Assembly (NCBI GenBank): GCA_037379345.1
Contig: CM074513.1
Span: 45,115,195 to 45,179,194 of the forward strand
Direction: 5' to 3'
DNA: 64,000 nt
Source: Perna viridis
Lineage: Eukaryota
Position 1 is the stretch's first letter; the number at the start of each line of letters is the position of its first letter. This document shows positions 25,201 through 38,681 of this stretch, piece by piece. Below the pieces are notes generated by a model. It searched no databases. It had not been told where the DNA came from and saw nothing but the letters and a program-made list of their open reading frames with translations. Made by a program: the position numbers and the translations under genes.

Positions 25201-26129
25201 TCCTTTAATGTGTGTTATAAATTTCTTTAATTTCTATCTAACATCAGATTTGCTCTAATTTATACAGACATTCACACGAATCCATTTGCCTGCGCGATGA
25301 TTGCAAATACATAAACCATGGTCAATAATTGTAAATATTTATTAATTAAAGAGATCAAATTACACTTATTTGGACAGCATTAGTCATAAAATCGATGACA
25401 ATTAGTTTAAGAATGCCCAATTAAGGCTTTTGTAACCAGTACATCATTTGTATTTCTAATACCTCGAAATAATTTGCTATTAATCTTACTCAGTGTTCTA
25501 GGTAAATAAAATTCCATGAAATGTTTTAACGTTGCTTTCTTCATATTCATCCTGACATCTAAATAACATGGTACGTTTATATCATATGGACACAAGCATA
25601 CATCGAATTTTGTAGCATGGATTTCATTCAAATATACAAATGGAGGTTAATAGACAAGATCCAAAATTTAATATGTTTTTGAAAGAGTAAACTTTGAATG
25701 CCAACTGGCTCTTTGGAAAAAAGCATGTGATAATGTGATGGCTCTAATAAAACAGTTCTCAAGTGAAATAACACCACAGCAGACAAGGAAACAGTATTTA
25801 TAGTAGTCAAACACTTGGGATAACTCAAATGAAATTAACAAAGGGAATCAATATGGCTCCTAACAGTACAAATTAATGACTGAATTCCCATGATATGGGC
25901 CTTAGAATTAATAAATCATAATAAATCTGTGCTGTTGACATACTAAATATCGGAGCTTTGTTCCGCTGAAGGGATTTGTCTTGGAACTTCTGATTGCTAG
26001 TTAAGACGTCAATTGCCTGTAGTTTAGCTCAAACAATAGTATTTTGATTGCTCTAACTGATATTCATGTTTTAAGACCGTATAATCCAACTATTTATAAG
26101 TTGTGGAAATAACTCGTCAGACAGCGATC

Positions 26130-26165
26130 ATGGCGTATAAATTTTCGGATTTTGTTTACATTGAG
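26130..26165 (+). CDS. Candidate upstream coding exon of the GPCR (MAYKFSDFVYIE)
   Basis: ATG in strong context (ATCATGG), 12 open codons, then donor GAG|GTAAGA in phase 0. Compatible with the phase-0 acceptor at 36429/36430. Confidence 0.4.
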
Positions 26166-27260
26166 GTAAGACATATTAAAGGCTATCATAGTTAATGTTC
26201 TCATTTTAATTCTTAGAAATGAAGACCTTTCATTTTTATTCTAATGTTAATTTCCTTTGATTGATAGTTATAACATTTCTGGCAATGGTATATCTTATGT
26301 GAACTATATGCATTTAAGATTGGAGAGAGGCCTCAAGTTTTTTACAAACAGCGATGTTTATATAATATTCTTTTAAATATGTTAAGATAATCGACAAAAT
26401 TTGGAAAGGGAGTTATGTGCCTCTGATGATTTAACTTTAAATAGAGTGGTTGTTATCTGAGTTCCGAATTTATCACCGTTAAACTGTCTTCAAATGAAGC
26501 AATATACATGCAAATTATGGTACTTGAAATGCCAGTTTGAAAAAAAATAATAGCCTTGGGCATTCTGTAATCTCGACATCACATTCTACTTGGAGCCTTT
26601 TATTTCATGAAGGTGCTTTAATTGTTCATGTTTGCTTTTCTTAAATATTGTACGTCGAGAGATCACTTAGAGATCGTGTATTCAAAATTATTTAGCGAAC
26701 GAAAAAAAAGACCAGAAGTTGCAATGTTTTCAATTGTTAGTTTCAATAATGCATCGATTGCAAAACTGCCAACCGTAGGGAGTGATATTTTAAGTTCTAT
26801 GTAATGAAAAGTGAGTGGTTTGTATTTATTTTGTTCTGATGCTGCCATGAAACATTATTATTTTGTATTAATCTTAATTCACGCCAATAAATTTGAGGTC
26901 ATAAATATTTTCGCCAGGTCCCTGAAGGTTCATGTTTAATTTTTTATAATGATGAGATAATACTTCGTCAATATTTGGCACATGTGCATCCTGTTATAAC
27001 TTATCTTGAATATTAATTATTTTTCTTTTAAACGATATATGGTTTAAAAGAAACCATACGTCAGCACTTCGTTTTAGAATATATCTATAGGAATGTAATT
27101 GTTATATACTACGTTTTCCATAATTTTAATTTAGATCTATTTCATTTTTATTACTGGTGTAAAGGACTTTCCATGAGAGACTGATATTAAACTACTAAAC
27201 CTTACGCTCGAAAGTCTGCCTGCTCGTGCGTTATCGCTATTCTATGTCAGAAATTGACAT

Positions 27261-27450
27261 TTTATGAGCACCTATATGCTAAGGAAGAGGGCGCCAAATT
27301 TTTGTTGAGACGGGGTTGTTCATTTACTTTTGTTTCTTTGTACGAGTTATTTTGGTCATCATGCTCTTTGTTGTGTGTTGTACGGGTCTAGTCTTTATCC
27401 TTTGAATATATTCTTTTAACTTCTGCCCAAGTTTTGGTTTCCTTGATACT
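27261..27450 (+). mobile_element. Highly decayed Penelope-like 3' UTR fragment
   Basis: TTTATGAGCA..GTTGTTCATTTACTTTTGTTTCTTTGTA..CTTTGTTGTGTG..TCTAGTCTTT..TTGGTTTCCTTGATACT is colinear with the other copies. Confidence 0.6.
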
Positions 27451-30400
27451 TTTTTAAAAAGTAGTTATCTTTTATTTAAAACATGACCTTTTGGTTCTCC
27501 TTGTCTATTAACTTTTGAATCGTTTATAGAAAGTAACGTTTATAACAACAGAAATACAAAACAAACAGCAAACATTTTTATTTCTTATTTTTCAATTCAA
27601 AGATGCCATCCTCCTTAACCGCTAATATGAAGATTCCAAAATAATGCGCAATTTGATTGTAATTAGACGAGATCATTAAAAGAGGCTCTAAGCATACTAT
27701 AAAATCTTTTACATCCTGGATCATAAAGCTGTATTTTTTTCTTTTTTCTTAAGTCTTTATTCTCTTTTCTGTTTGTAAGAAAGAAAATAGAAAAATCAAG
27801 CTTTGAGGGGGTTAGCATTGAATACGCAAATTTCATGTATATACTGAAGACAAACAAAAACGCAATAGGTTTTTTTATCGTTAAATCAGGCTGTGGTTTA
27901 GCGAAAATAAAAAATTGAGACTTTTTTTTATGGAAATAATGGTTGAACATATCTGAAATAATTAAATTCAAGTGGTCATTGTTCAAGTCTCTTTATAAGA
28001 GGAATTGTAGGAGTTTCATTTGGCTAACACTTACACGAACCGTACAATGTTTACTGGCAACAAGCCATTAATTCAAAAATCGTTCCTATCTATATACTAA
28101 GTCGGTTTAGGATAATGAAAAAATTATGTAGAGTTGCTGGAGATCGACTGACTTATATGATTGGTATTTTAATTAAAAAAGCGTTTAATTTAAAAAGAAC
28201 TGCGGCTCAAATTTTTCAAGGTGTTGCCTTTAATGAACATGATATTGACATGTTACTGTAAAGGGGAATGTCATTAAACAGCAAGTATGTCTTATTAAGA
28301 CAGTAAAGCTAATGATGTCAACACCAACTTCTTCAATTACAATTTAATTTTCATATCAACGACAATAGAAAATCTTCTTAATTACAGAGTTGTATAGAGG
28401 GAATCCTCATTTTATTGATTATAGATTAGTCTGAGAAGCAAATAAGTACTATGTAAGAATATAAGACCAATGAATTTGATAATTATGAGGACAACTGATT
28501 AAAAACGTTGAAGTTGTAAATGACTGATCATTTTTTTTAATCGTTAATCGTCCATATTAAGCAGTATGACAAACCAGAACTAATATGATTTCCTAAAAGG
28601 GACAAGTCTGAGAAGTACAAAGGGTCTAAAAGCATATATGTTGATTCTCTACTTTCAGCGCATTTCTTATTCGTCGCCTTTTTATTAAAATAGGCATTGG
28701 TTAATGCAAAAGACACGAGAGTTGCAAAAATAATGAAGACTTCACAACACAAATGTTTCAAAGGATGTCATTGTATATTATTTTCAAAATCTATAGTTAC
28801 GTTCAATGTGTTACATTTATTTACTTATTTTACACGCTTAACAATTTAAGGAATTATTTTAAAGCACTTATAAATGCGATGGAATGTAATGTTTAAGAAG
28901 GAGAATTTAATTGACATAAGCAGATAAACGGTACATGCATACATTTTCTTATACCTATTAAATTTTCTCAAATATGTTAATTCAAAAAGAAAACATTGTT
29001 AATTTGAGATATTGTGTTTTCATCAATAGTATTTTGAAGGCCACCTTGTCTCTGGTGTGGTTCGGCGGTTAACAGTTTTCTTTTCAATACTTTTTGCGCC
29101 CAACGAAGGCCTGAAGGACGAAAATATTGCTAATACTTAAGGTTTTTTGTGTGACGTCTGGTTTTGTATATCTTCGGTTTTTTATACGGTTCATTACATT
29201 GTGCTTGTATATCGTATTTGTTTTCTGTTTTGCGCGTTTTTTTTATTTTGACGTATTTGAATTTTCCCACTGATGACGCTTCGGTATTTTACTGCTGATA
29301 TCCAGTAATGACTTGGTAATATAGGACTTTTAACTTTCATTTTTTTGTGATGATTGTAGACTTATTGTCCAAGTACCATCATTGTTCACCTTTTCGATTT
29401 CGGTTTATCTGTGATGAGATCCTGAAAGGTCTCATTAAGATTCTGCGTATGTGTTTAATACAATGGAACGTTATATAACGCCCCTTAAGGAAAAGTAAAA
29501 CGAATACTAATAAGCGATATAGTGTTAACGAAGCTTGGAAAACAATAAGGTTCTATCCACAAGTTCATTGACACTGAGGTATTGAAAAATTACACTTAAA
29601 CAATAAAACAAAGAAAACATGCAGTGAATGCAGTTTTAAACAAAGTACATGAAGGAATTTTAAATCAACTTTGCCTTATCGCAATGCCATGTTTTATTAT
29701 TTTAATTGTGCATGTATTATAGATGACATGTATTTTCAGCTGAGTAGTAATCAAATCTTTTGTCCTTTTAAGAAAGTTGTTTTTGATCTGCTGGAACGAA
29801 TCCAAATAATTCAAACAGGGAAATATTCTGCGTCAGATAGCTAGTTTTTATGGATTAAACGGAAGTAAAAATCTACAATTCCACTGAATTATTCTGAAAG
29901 TTAAATTAACAGCTTCTGTGTGAGGTAATTAGTAACAGAAAACTTCGCCCATTAAGGAAAAGAAATAGAATGAAAATCTCCGTTATATCAAACAATGAAA
30001 TAGAAAGCTTTAAAAAGCCGAGACAGGTAGTCGCAACAAACAAAAACATAAATAAAACTAGTGCATTTATGCAATCTGCTTCCACCATTTGACAATTATA
30101 TATCAATGAATTAGGAAACTGGCATTATTTTTGTTAAATGATTTTGTTTAGTAATTTTTCTGCCCGGTCTGCAAATCAAAGATAAGGAAATATTACACAA
30201 TATTATATACAGTGTTCTCTTTATTGACATAACTAAACATGACTAGTTAATACATACAAGCATATTATTTCCCATAGTGTCCTTACGGTTCTATGATCGA
30301 ATGTTTTAGATGTTCATTGTGATTCATTCAATCTATCTGTTCTTTCTTCTTGACGACATTTTGTTGCATATTTAATAAGAAACAGGCTCGTTTGATTAAG

Positions 30401-31429
30401 AACGATTTAGTAAGCGGGAGGACTTTCTGATATAACCGTTTCATCATAAAATGACATAACACGGATAGATATATAGTATAATGTGACTTGGCAATGAAGT
30501 ACTTTCGATGATAGATCGGTATTGTAGAACAGACCTGTCAATAACTGTTTGTAATCTCCTCAGCATTTGTCATGAAAGCTTTAATTTTGTCGATGAGATT
30601 GGTTACAGTTTTTCATGTCAAATGACCCATAGTATGTATATTATCTGAAATTGAATATCTCTGAAATGTAGACGATGAAAAGTCTTGTATGTAAAATATA
30701 ATACCTATTTTCCATAATAATGATACAAATGTACTTTATAGCCAACGTCTGTATTGAAGGAGAAAATCAAATAGCTATTTGAAGTCTCCTTAACAAGCTT
30801 TGTAATGTTACTCCTTTGTGAAACATATGTAAACGATTTGAAGGGAAAAGCTGAAAGAGATTCCGAATCTTACAGCTTACTTATACAAATTGTGTTGACG
30901 CACGTCGAACCAGACTTGTCTGTTCTATTCCAGTTTCCATCTGTCAATTTATCGAACGCTTATTTTTTTCAAATTATTTTTGCGACTTCTGGTTTTTCTA
31001 CTTTTATGTCAATCTTACGTATCTATTTAAGTCGCTAATATTGTTAGCGACTTCTTGCACTCGTAATTTTGTTACTTAACATTCACATATGATTTGTATT
31101 ATCATACATGTCTACTTCACATTTAGCTGCTGATCGGTGCCATGTTTACCGTCATGGCTTCGTAGTTTTATCTTCATACGAGATCAAAATGTACCTCGTT
31201 AATATCATACACTTGTGTTCTATGTCAGAAAAGATGAAATGACCGATTAGCATTGAACATTACCCAGTTTCCGATTCAGATACAGGTTACAATTGACTAT
31301 ATTGGTCATATATATTATCAGGGCCCGTTATCCATATACAGCCATTGCCAGTTGTTTAATCTGTTCCTGGTAACTAGTTGTTTTGGTTGAAAACATTCCG
31401 GTCATCACGGTTACTAAAGAATAATCATA

Positions 31430-31460
31430 TCAAGGAAACCAAGATTCTAGCGGAAGTCAC
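31430..31460 (-). mobile_element. Tiny 3'-terminal remnant of the Penelope-like element
   Basis: TCAAGGAAACCAAGATTCTAGCGGAAGTCA matches 17264-17293. Confidence 0.5.
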
Positions 31461-34400
31461 CCGATTTTAGAGCATATCGCATTTGTGCCATTTCGGATGT
31501 TGAAAGTAAGTCAAAATCAGTGGCGTAGAATATTTAACGATTAGCGACTTTGCAGACTTTAGTCTTTGCTTAACGACTTCAAAACAAACATTGCACCGCA
31601 TTAAGACTGGGTAAGATAAAGAAACACTGAGAAGAAAACTGCACTTTGTCGGGAAATAAAATCAAAACAACGGAACGAAAATCTAGTGAAGTGTCAAGTT
31701 CTATCACAAACTGTAAAGCACGAACGTTGTATAATGTTTTTTCACAAAAGAGTAAGTATTTTTAGAACTGCAATATGTTGATATCATGTTAAAACTTTTA
31801 CTTCAAACCATAGGGTGTATAGTTAAGGTATAGTTAACTTGGAAGTTTGATGTACCGAATAAATAGATCTATATAGTATGTGTTGATATATTACTCTAAT
31901 CCTAAAAGTACATGTAAACTTCTTTTCGGTTCGATTGTAAATTTTAATGAAAGTGGATGCTTTGTTTCGTTTGTTTTTGTTTGTTGATCTCCAATATTGT
32001 TTGATTCGTTTGTTTGTTTAAGGCATTGTGTTTGTTAATTTTTATTTGTGTCTTGTGTTTCCTCTCGTTGTTGTTTTGTAGTTTTAATTAATTCTAATTT
32101 GTTCATATTAATTTTTGTTTAATATTTTATTTTTATATATTCTGATGAGTTCGTTGGTTAGTTTCGTTGATTTTACTCACGTATTTTACCACAATGTTCA
32201 GTAATGACTTGTGTTTGAATTCTTCCATCATATAATGCATATGATAGTTTGAAACGTCGACTACGACGGATAAAGTTAAGAAGCTTGTGATTAAATTTCA
32301 AGTTGTGTTCAGATTTCAACATTACAAGATAATAGTTCAATGTTAAAATTTGCAGCCTTTTGTTTCCAGAAAAAAAAGCATTCAGTATTTTACTGAAAAA
32401 TGATAAAAAGCATTTTCGAAAATACGTTAAATTTCAATTGCATAATCCCATGTTTGCATTTACTAATATTGTCATTCAACATCATCTTATTTGTCCTCCA
32501 TCTTTAAATCGCTTATGTACAAAGACACGAGATTATTCCCGTTTTTATTTCCTGCTAACAGGAAAAGATCGTGCTGTTTTTCAATTACTCTCCTTTCTGA
32601 AGAAGAATTATTACAAACGGAGGTATAGAATTAAGGCAATCGAAGAGCCTAAGAACTTTTGTACAGCTGTCTTCAATTTCAACTCAGAATTCACTGCATA
32701 GTCAATTTTTATAAAATACAATCGATTTTTACAACCCCCAAAAAAAAACAAAAAAGAAAAAAACATTATTTGGTTTTCTGTTGTAATTTACGCAGTTTTT
32801 CATTTCAAATGCTAATTTTGCGCTGCCCATTCAATGTCAAGTCGGGGTTGTACTGGATGCCTTACATCAATTATTAATGTACCAAAACAAGTATTTAAAA
32901 TAATCGGACTGTTGTCTTAGCTTCAAACAATTCAAACAAACAGCCGTTAACCTCGATGTCTAATATCATTTTAAGACTTGTATCTTGCCTTATTCTCATA
33001 ATTGTCTGTATCAAAAGTTCTGATGATTGACGTTTCATCAGCAATTAATACCCATCATGTCAGTCCTTAATGTCACGCTGGGTGTAACATAACCCTGTAA
33101 AACCAAGTTACTTTAGGTTTTTAGGGAAACAAACAGCGGATATTGAGTCTGTAATTTCTCAAAAAGACTAATCAAGATGGTAATCTGTAGCAGTCTTGTG
33201 GGACTTAGAGTTGATTTATTCCAAACTTGATCGAGATATTAACAACACGATTTTGTTTATTCTTTCATGAAACTTTGCAATCCATTACCAACAGATTATT
33301 ATAGTCTATCCTTGAAGAGGAAAAAAGACTTATTGTAATAAGATGACAAATACAAAGAGCTTATATCTTCATATCGGATAACCACGTACTTTTCTTCACG
33401 ATTTTACTACATCACTACCGATTTACAACAATGCTTCTATTTGTATTTTTTTCATGCCGCTGCAGCTTTCAAAATCTGTCGCCTCTTGAAGTTGGATCAC
33501 TTTGTTGCTATTCTATAGTGTGTTTTTTTTCAATCAATTAAGATCGAAGATCGGAATTGATACAGCAATCGCCAGAGCCTTCATTTGTTAAGCCTGTTAT
33601 CATGTTATTATGTTCTACACCACCGCCGGAAATTTTTTTCGTTTGCACACTCTGTTAAGGATAAAATGGTCCCCTTTACAGGTAATTCGAAAGTATCAAG
33701 GTTTATTCCATGTTATTTACGTCAATAAACAAACTCATTTTTTTTCCAAAATAAACAAGTTGATGTTTCACACATTTTATTTTGACAGTGTTGTTATATC
33801 CATTTTAAGTGGTTGAAAATAAGAAATACTTTTAAATAATTCCAGTCATTGGTTGAAAATTCATACTTCATCATTGTTAAATTCGATGTCATGAATGCTC
33901 CTCATTCTGATCCGTAAAGCTAAAATAATAATGACTGAATCCCGATAGTGGAAGCAATTCCGATTGATACCATTGTTATATCGCGTTTATGTATGCTACA
34001 ATTCGAAACTTTTTTTCTCTCTGATTTGATAGGTATAAAGAAAACAAACCAGGGAATTAGTTTTTACACCAGTATGTACGCGTGACTTTGCCAACACAAC
34101 AGCTAAAACTTCACACTTAAACTGGTCAGCAGGATTTCCTGTGATAGTTGATCAAAATCACTTCGTGTATATATTCAAAAACGTTTGATCTCTTATCCCA
34201 TGAGTATGATGCAAACCATCAATTTTTTTTAGACAGCCAATACAATATGATACTTGATTGCGTTAACAACGGTCCAATGTTAAAAAAGTTGACCTCTATG
34301 CACTTATCAGTACATGCTGTTCTTTTCTTTCAATTTACATAAATAAACCGGTCATTCATTCTCGATATTGCTCAGACGTGATTTCAGCTAGGAATGAAAA

Positions 34401-35154
34401 CCAACTGAGATTATAAATAGTCATCAGTTCTAGAAATTAAATATAAAGGATGCTGAATACCAATGGGAACAGTTGTTTTTCAGATATTTTCATGCAGAAG
34501 CTGATCAAAATATTTTTAAAGGCGGCAGTGATTTTGATCAAGTTACCTTTATATTATAAAAAGTTTGTACTTGATTATAATATTATTTTCTCATTTTTTG
34601 TCAATTTGTTCACTAAATATTGAACAAAAGGGGAGGTCAAATTCTAGAAATTTGACTGCCTCATTAATTCACAACGGTGGCATTTATGAAAATGGAACCT
34701 AAGCTTACTTTCTCTATATTAGACCGACATGCAGAGAAAAACATTATAACAAAAAAAGAAAGCCGACGCAGTAAAAATTATACATATCTTTCTTGAAAAT
34801 AGCACATGGCACGCAATTTCAAATTTTCGATACCGTTTTTTTTTAACGCCACTAAATTAACAGTATTTGGACAATCGGGAAACAGTTTGTAGCTCAATTT
34901 TGCATGATGTCGGACAGTTTTGTGTTCATTCATTAAAGTGTTCCATGTAAACCGATACCTGAAACGGACACAAGCTGGTGCACTGCTTTTGAATTGAAGA
35001 TGAATTGAATGTCTCCGTAATCAGATTGCTGAAATTTAATTTAAACATTTCAATGTTAACAATTCACAATGCGAATAATATGTTTATTGATACGATTGAA
35101 GTTCATCATCCTTTTTCCCTTTTATCTTATTCCTAACGTAATATTGTAGTTTGA

Positions 35155-35403
35155 TATGGCAGCATGTAAGTGACATCGATTTGTCAAGAAGTCAAGATAA
35201 TTTATCGTGTTGTTTTAACTATTAAGACTGTACAAAATATTACTATAAGTATCATGATAATTACCTGGTTAACTCGAATTTGTGTCAGCTAAAATGACAA
35301 GTTAACATGATATTAATCCTGTCAAGTTAACTTAATAATTATAATATCATCAACAAATAGGTTGACATCTGGACAAGTCGATGTCACTAACACACCATCA
35401 TAG
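35155..35403. mobile_element. Putative decayed MITE (inverted repeat pair)
   Basis: GTGACATCGATTTGTCAAGAAGTCAA (35170-35195) is inverted at 35362-35387, 23/26 match, with weaker outward extension. Confidence 0.55.
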
Positions 35404-36404
35404 TTCGACATTATTTTAAAGCATTGATATAAATTTATTCAGCACATTGGTACTTTGATTCTAACTGTTTACCGACTGCTGGCGTTGATGATATTTATTT
35501 CTGATAGCATGGAAGTGTAAGCTTATTGTCGAATAGCATTTGTAAGAAGACTGTTTCAGGCTTATAGGGGTAGTTTGTAATATACTTCATAGAAAGCGTG
35601 TAGAATTTAAATAATGGTACACGTGCAAGAACTGCTAGCACAATAAATAATTTGAAACAATGTTAAAACAAAAAGATATAAAAAATGAACAGAACAATAA
35701 TCTATAGAATGGAAGTTAACATCATCGTTTTCTGGTTCAAAACAAAAAGGACGAAATAAGGTAAAAATTCAACGTACCTCTGAAAATTCATTAAAAACAA
35801 CCAAACTTTTAGTTTCTGTTTGTATCTAAGCTTGTTCTGTAGGCACACAAAAGTGTAAATTCATGATAAAATTTCCATATCATTTGATTCTTGACTCAAT
35901 GAATCATTTTCAATTTCCAAGACTCATTTTGGTGCAAAGTACAAACTCTCAAGGCATTACATTGCTAATGTAGTTAAACATGGAGAACTATTGAGTGGAG
36001 GTTTACATAATCTGCAAGGAATTGGTTTTAAATTTTAGCCAATTTAACTACTTAAAAGCTAGACATATTTTAGACCAGTCTTTGAAAATTACTTTTATCT
36101 GAAATGTTGTCTTATTTATAGGTAAATTTTAAAACATCAACGTCCACTTTGTTTGGATTAAGAAAACATTAACGGTTGAGTCTGCGTGTGTTTCTTTTTA
36201 ATTTTGAAAAGAAAACCAGATTTCGATTGATTCAAAAGTATTTTGAACGATGGATGTTTATAAAGGGAGCCATTCCTATAGCGTATAACACGAAGAAAGA
36301 CTATCAGAAGACGTAAAGCTCCAATCGATTTTGTCTGTATAAGACGCACTCCTATTTTGCCACAAGTATGTATACCGGCTTCCCTCACTATCAGGCTAGG
36401 ATTT

Positions 36405-36429
36405 AATCTTTCTTTTTCTTACTTTTCAG
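36405..36429 (+). promoter_or_regulatory. Splice acceptor (polypyrimidine tract + CAG) of the GPCR main exon
   Basis: TCTTTCTTTTTCTTACTTTTCAG|GCTGACGAAATG. The exon would start at 36430, 9 nt before the ATG. Confidence 0.8.
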
Positions 36430-36438
36430 GCTGACGAA

Positions 36439-37668
36439 ATGGAATTATCAAATATTTCACAACATAATGACCTTTCTCTTACGTCAACAACCCCTTCAAC
36501 AACCTCCATCAACATAACCGTTAATGAAAACGTGTATTATGCAAAGTATTTACCGGAAAAAGAATTTGTCGGCAAGTATGTCACACTCTTCACGTACACA
36601 ATTGGGTTTCCTGGAAATGTGTTCGCGTTATTAATATGGCTGCAGAACAAAATGAGAAATTCTTCCGGTTATTATCTCGCAGCATTAGCATTTTCAGACT
36701 TTTTATTTCTAACTCTTCAAGTATTTCATGAACTAAATGACACATGGAAAATAAGCGTGTTAGATCATAAGTTCATATGTGAGGTCTTTCCGGTAATATT
36801 CTTGTCTACGCAGTTTCTCTCTCCTTTGTTGGTTCTAGCATTCACTGTCGAGAGATATATATCCATATGTCATCCATTCAAGAGAGAAAAGTTTTGTACT
36901 ACAAAAAGGGCGAGAATAGTGATTGCATGTCTTGCTGCGTTGTGCTTTTGTATGAATCTTATTCAAGGATATTTTTATACGTATAATTCTGTAGTGTGCA
37001 CCGCCCGTAAAGAAGCATTACCTGTGTGGGTAATTTGGACCTGGTTTTCAGAGGCTGTTGTATTCATGCTAGTGCCACTTATGATCTTATTTTTCAATGT
37101 GCTTGTCATACATGAAGCAAGGAGATTAGCAAAGTTTGAAAAGCACCAACTGAAATCCCACGCAAAATCTCATGGTAATGCTACGACGGTGATGTTGATA
37201 GCTGTTTCCTTTTACCATATTTTTACTACTTTCCCTGTGACAATTGCCGTAGCTATGTTCGTTTCATACTCTGTAGAGCCGAGTGACACAACTATGTTAG
37301 TCAACAGTACAGTGCCTTATATTCAAAATAACTCTACTGTTAATCTAATAGATGCATCAGCTTTGCCCAAAAAGTGGTCAAGTCATTTCCAATACGTGTT
37401 AGTGAGAAGTATCATAGAAGAAATTGGACTCACTCACTATGCTTTTAATTTTTATATTTACTTGATAACGGGTAAGAATTTTCGAGAAGAATTTTGCAAG
37501 ATGTTTTTTAAACGTGATGACAGATATAAGTCTTCGTGGAATACAGAATACACAACTGTAAGAACAGAACCCGGTGATGGTAATATAACAGTGCGTATGA
37601 TAAATGGTCAAGCAAATGGTCATAGCGATAATAAAAAGCTCCACAATGACTCCGAAACTCCTCTTTGA
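36439..37668 (+). CDS. Class A (rhodopsin-like) GPCR, FMRFamide/sex-peptide-receptor-like peptide receptor group, 409 aa, all 7 TM in one exon
   Basis: Seven hydrophobic segments. TM1 GFPGN, TM2 LAALAFSD, Cys at top of TM3 (FICEV), FTVERYISICHPF (E/DRY), TM5 LVP, TM6 TTFP, TM7 NFYIY. N-terminal N-glycosylation sequons. The ligand cannot be assigned from sequence. Confidence 0.95.
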   Translation: MELSNISQHNDLSLTSTTPSTTSINITVNENVYYAKYLPEKEFVGKYVTLFTYTIGFPGNVFALLIWLQNKMRNSSGYYLAALAFSDFLFLTLQVFHELNDTWKISVLDHKFICEVFPVIFLSTQFLSPLLVLAFTVERYISICHPFKREKFCTTKRARIVIACLAALCFCMNLIQGYFYTYNSVVCTARKEALPVWVIWTWFSEAVVFMLVPLMILFFNVLVIHEARRLAKFEKHQLKSHAKSHGNATTVMLIAVSFYHIFTTFPVTIAVAMFVSYSVEPSDTTMLVNSTVPYIQNNSTVNLIDASALPKKWSSHFQYVLVRSIIEEIGLTHYAFNFYIYLITGKNFREEFCKMFFKRDDRYKSSWNTEYTTVRTEPGDGNITVRMINGQANGHSDNKKLHNDSETPL

Positions 37669-37986
37669 TCATGTAACTATTGTTCGTAGATGATGATTTA
37701 AATGCCTTATTTTTGTATTAGCAATATTTGCTTGATTGTTTGAAATATGTCATACATGTACATGTACAAATCATTCAAACATATTCACATCATGTAACAT
37801 GTTCTCTTTATTTGAATGTATACAGTTAGACTGTGTCATTTATTATAGCTAGTCCAAATGAAGCTAAATTAAATGTTCAATTTTTCAAAGACTAATGATT
37901 TCCACTATTCTTATTGTTTTGTTTTGTTTTGTTGTTTTTATTTCCTATGAAATATAACATTACTGTTCAACTTCCCAAAGGAAAAT

Positions 37987-38112
37987 AATAAACAAACAAG
38001 AGAAGAACAATATCGCAACATATAATAAAACTAGTCCAAGTTATCAAGATAACAAGATAATTTTGAATATACACACTTCACATTTCATTAAGTAAACTAT
38101 TCACGAAATAAA
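37987..38112 (+). terminator. Candidate polyadenylation signals for the GPCR
   Basis: AATAAA at 37987, ~38024 and ~38107, 0.3-0.45 kb after the stop. The hexamer is frequent by chance in AT-rich DNA. Confidence 0.3.
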
Positions 38113-38681
38113 AAAGCTGGTTCCATGTTTTTTTTCACTCTGCTGCAGGAAATACATCATGCATACTCATTGCCATCAGTGAAACATATATACTAGTTAT
38201 TTTGGTTTATCATACGAAAAACATACTGCCAAATTTTGAACTTTCATTCAGAAATTATTTCTACTGTAGGAATTTCCATAAAAATTCCCCTTGATTTTTT
38301 TTGTGTTTTGGCATTGAAAAATTTGCTTAAACAAATTCATTTTATCATTGGTTCACTGGCTTAAATGTTAAGAGTGATACTAATTATGGTGTGACTCCCC
38401 AACTCCGAAAGAATAGATCAACAGGTATGCGTGTTAAACTATTAATATCGATTAGAATCGTGGTCAGATCATTACTCATACATATAAGTTAAGGTTTGGA
38501 GTTACCGAAAAGAAAAATGGATTGCTGGAAAACCAAAAAAGTTAAAAAAAAAGATCATACAGGAAACTAAATGTCAATGAACAGACAGTTATCTTACAAA
38601 AACTTGGAAGACGAAATGATTAAAATTTAATAATCAAACTGAAGCAAGGGTAACATGAATGTATCTATTTATATATATATA

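Noticed and set aside
852-35000. Numerous 60-140-aa ORFs in the track
   Set aside because: F/I/L/K-rich composition typical of random AT-rich DNA or repeat UTRs, many non-ATG starts, and no domains.
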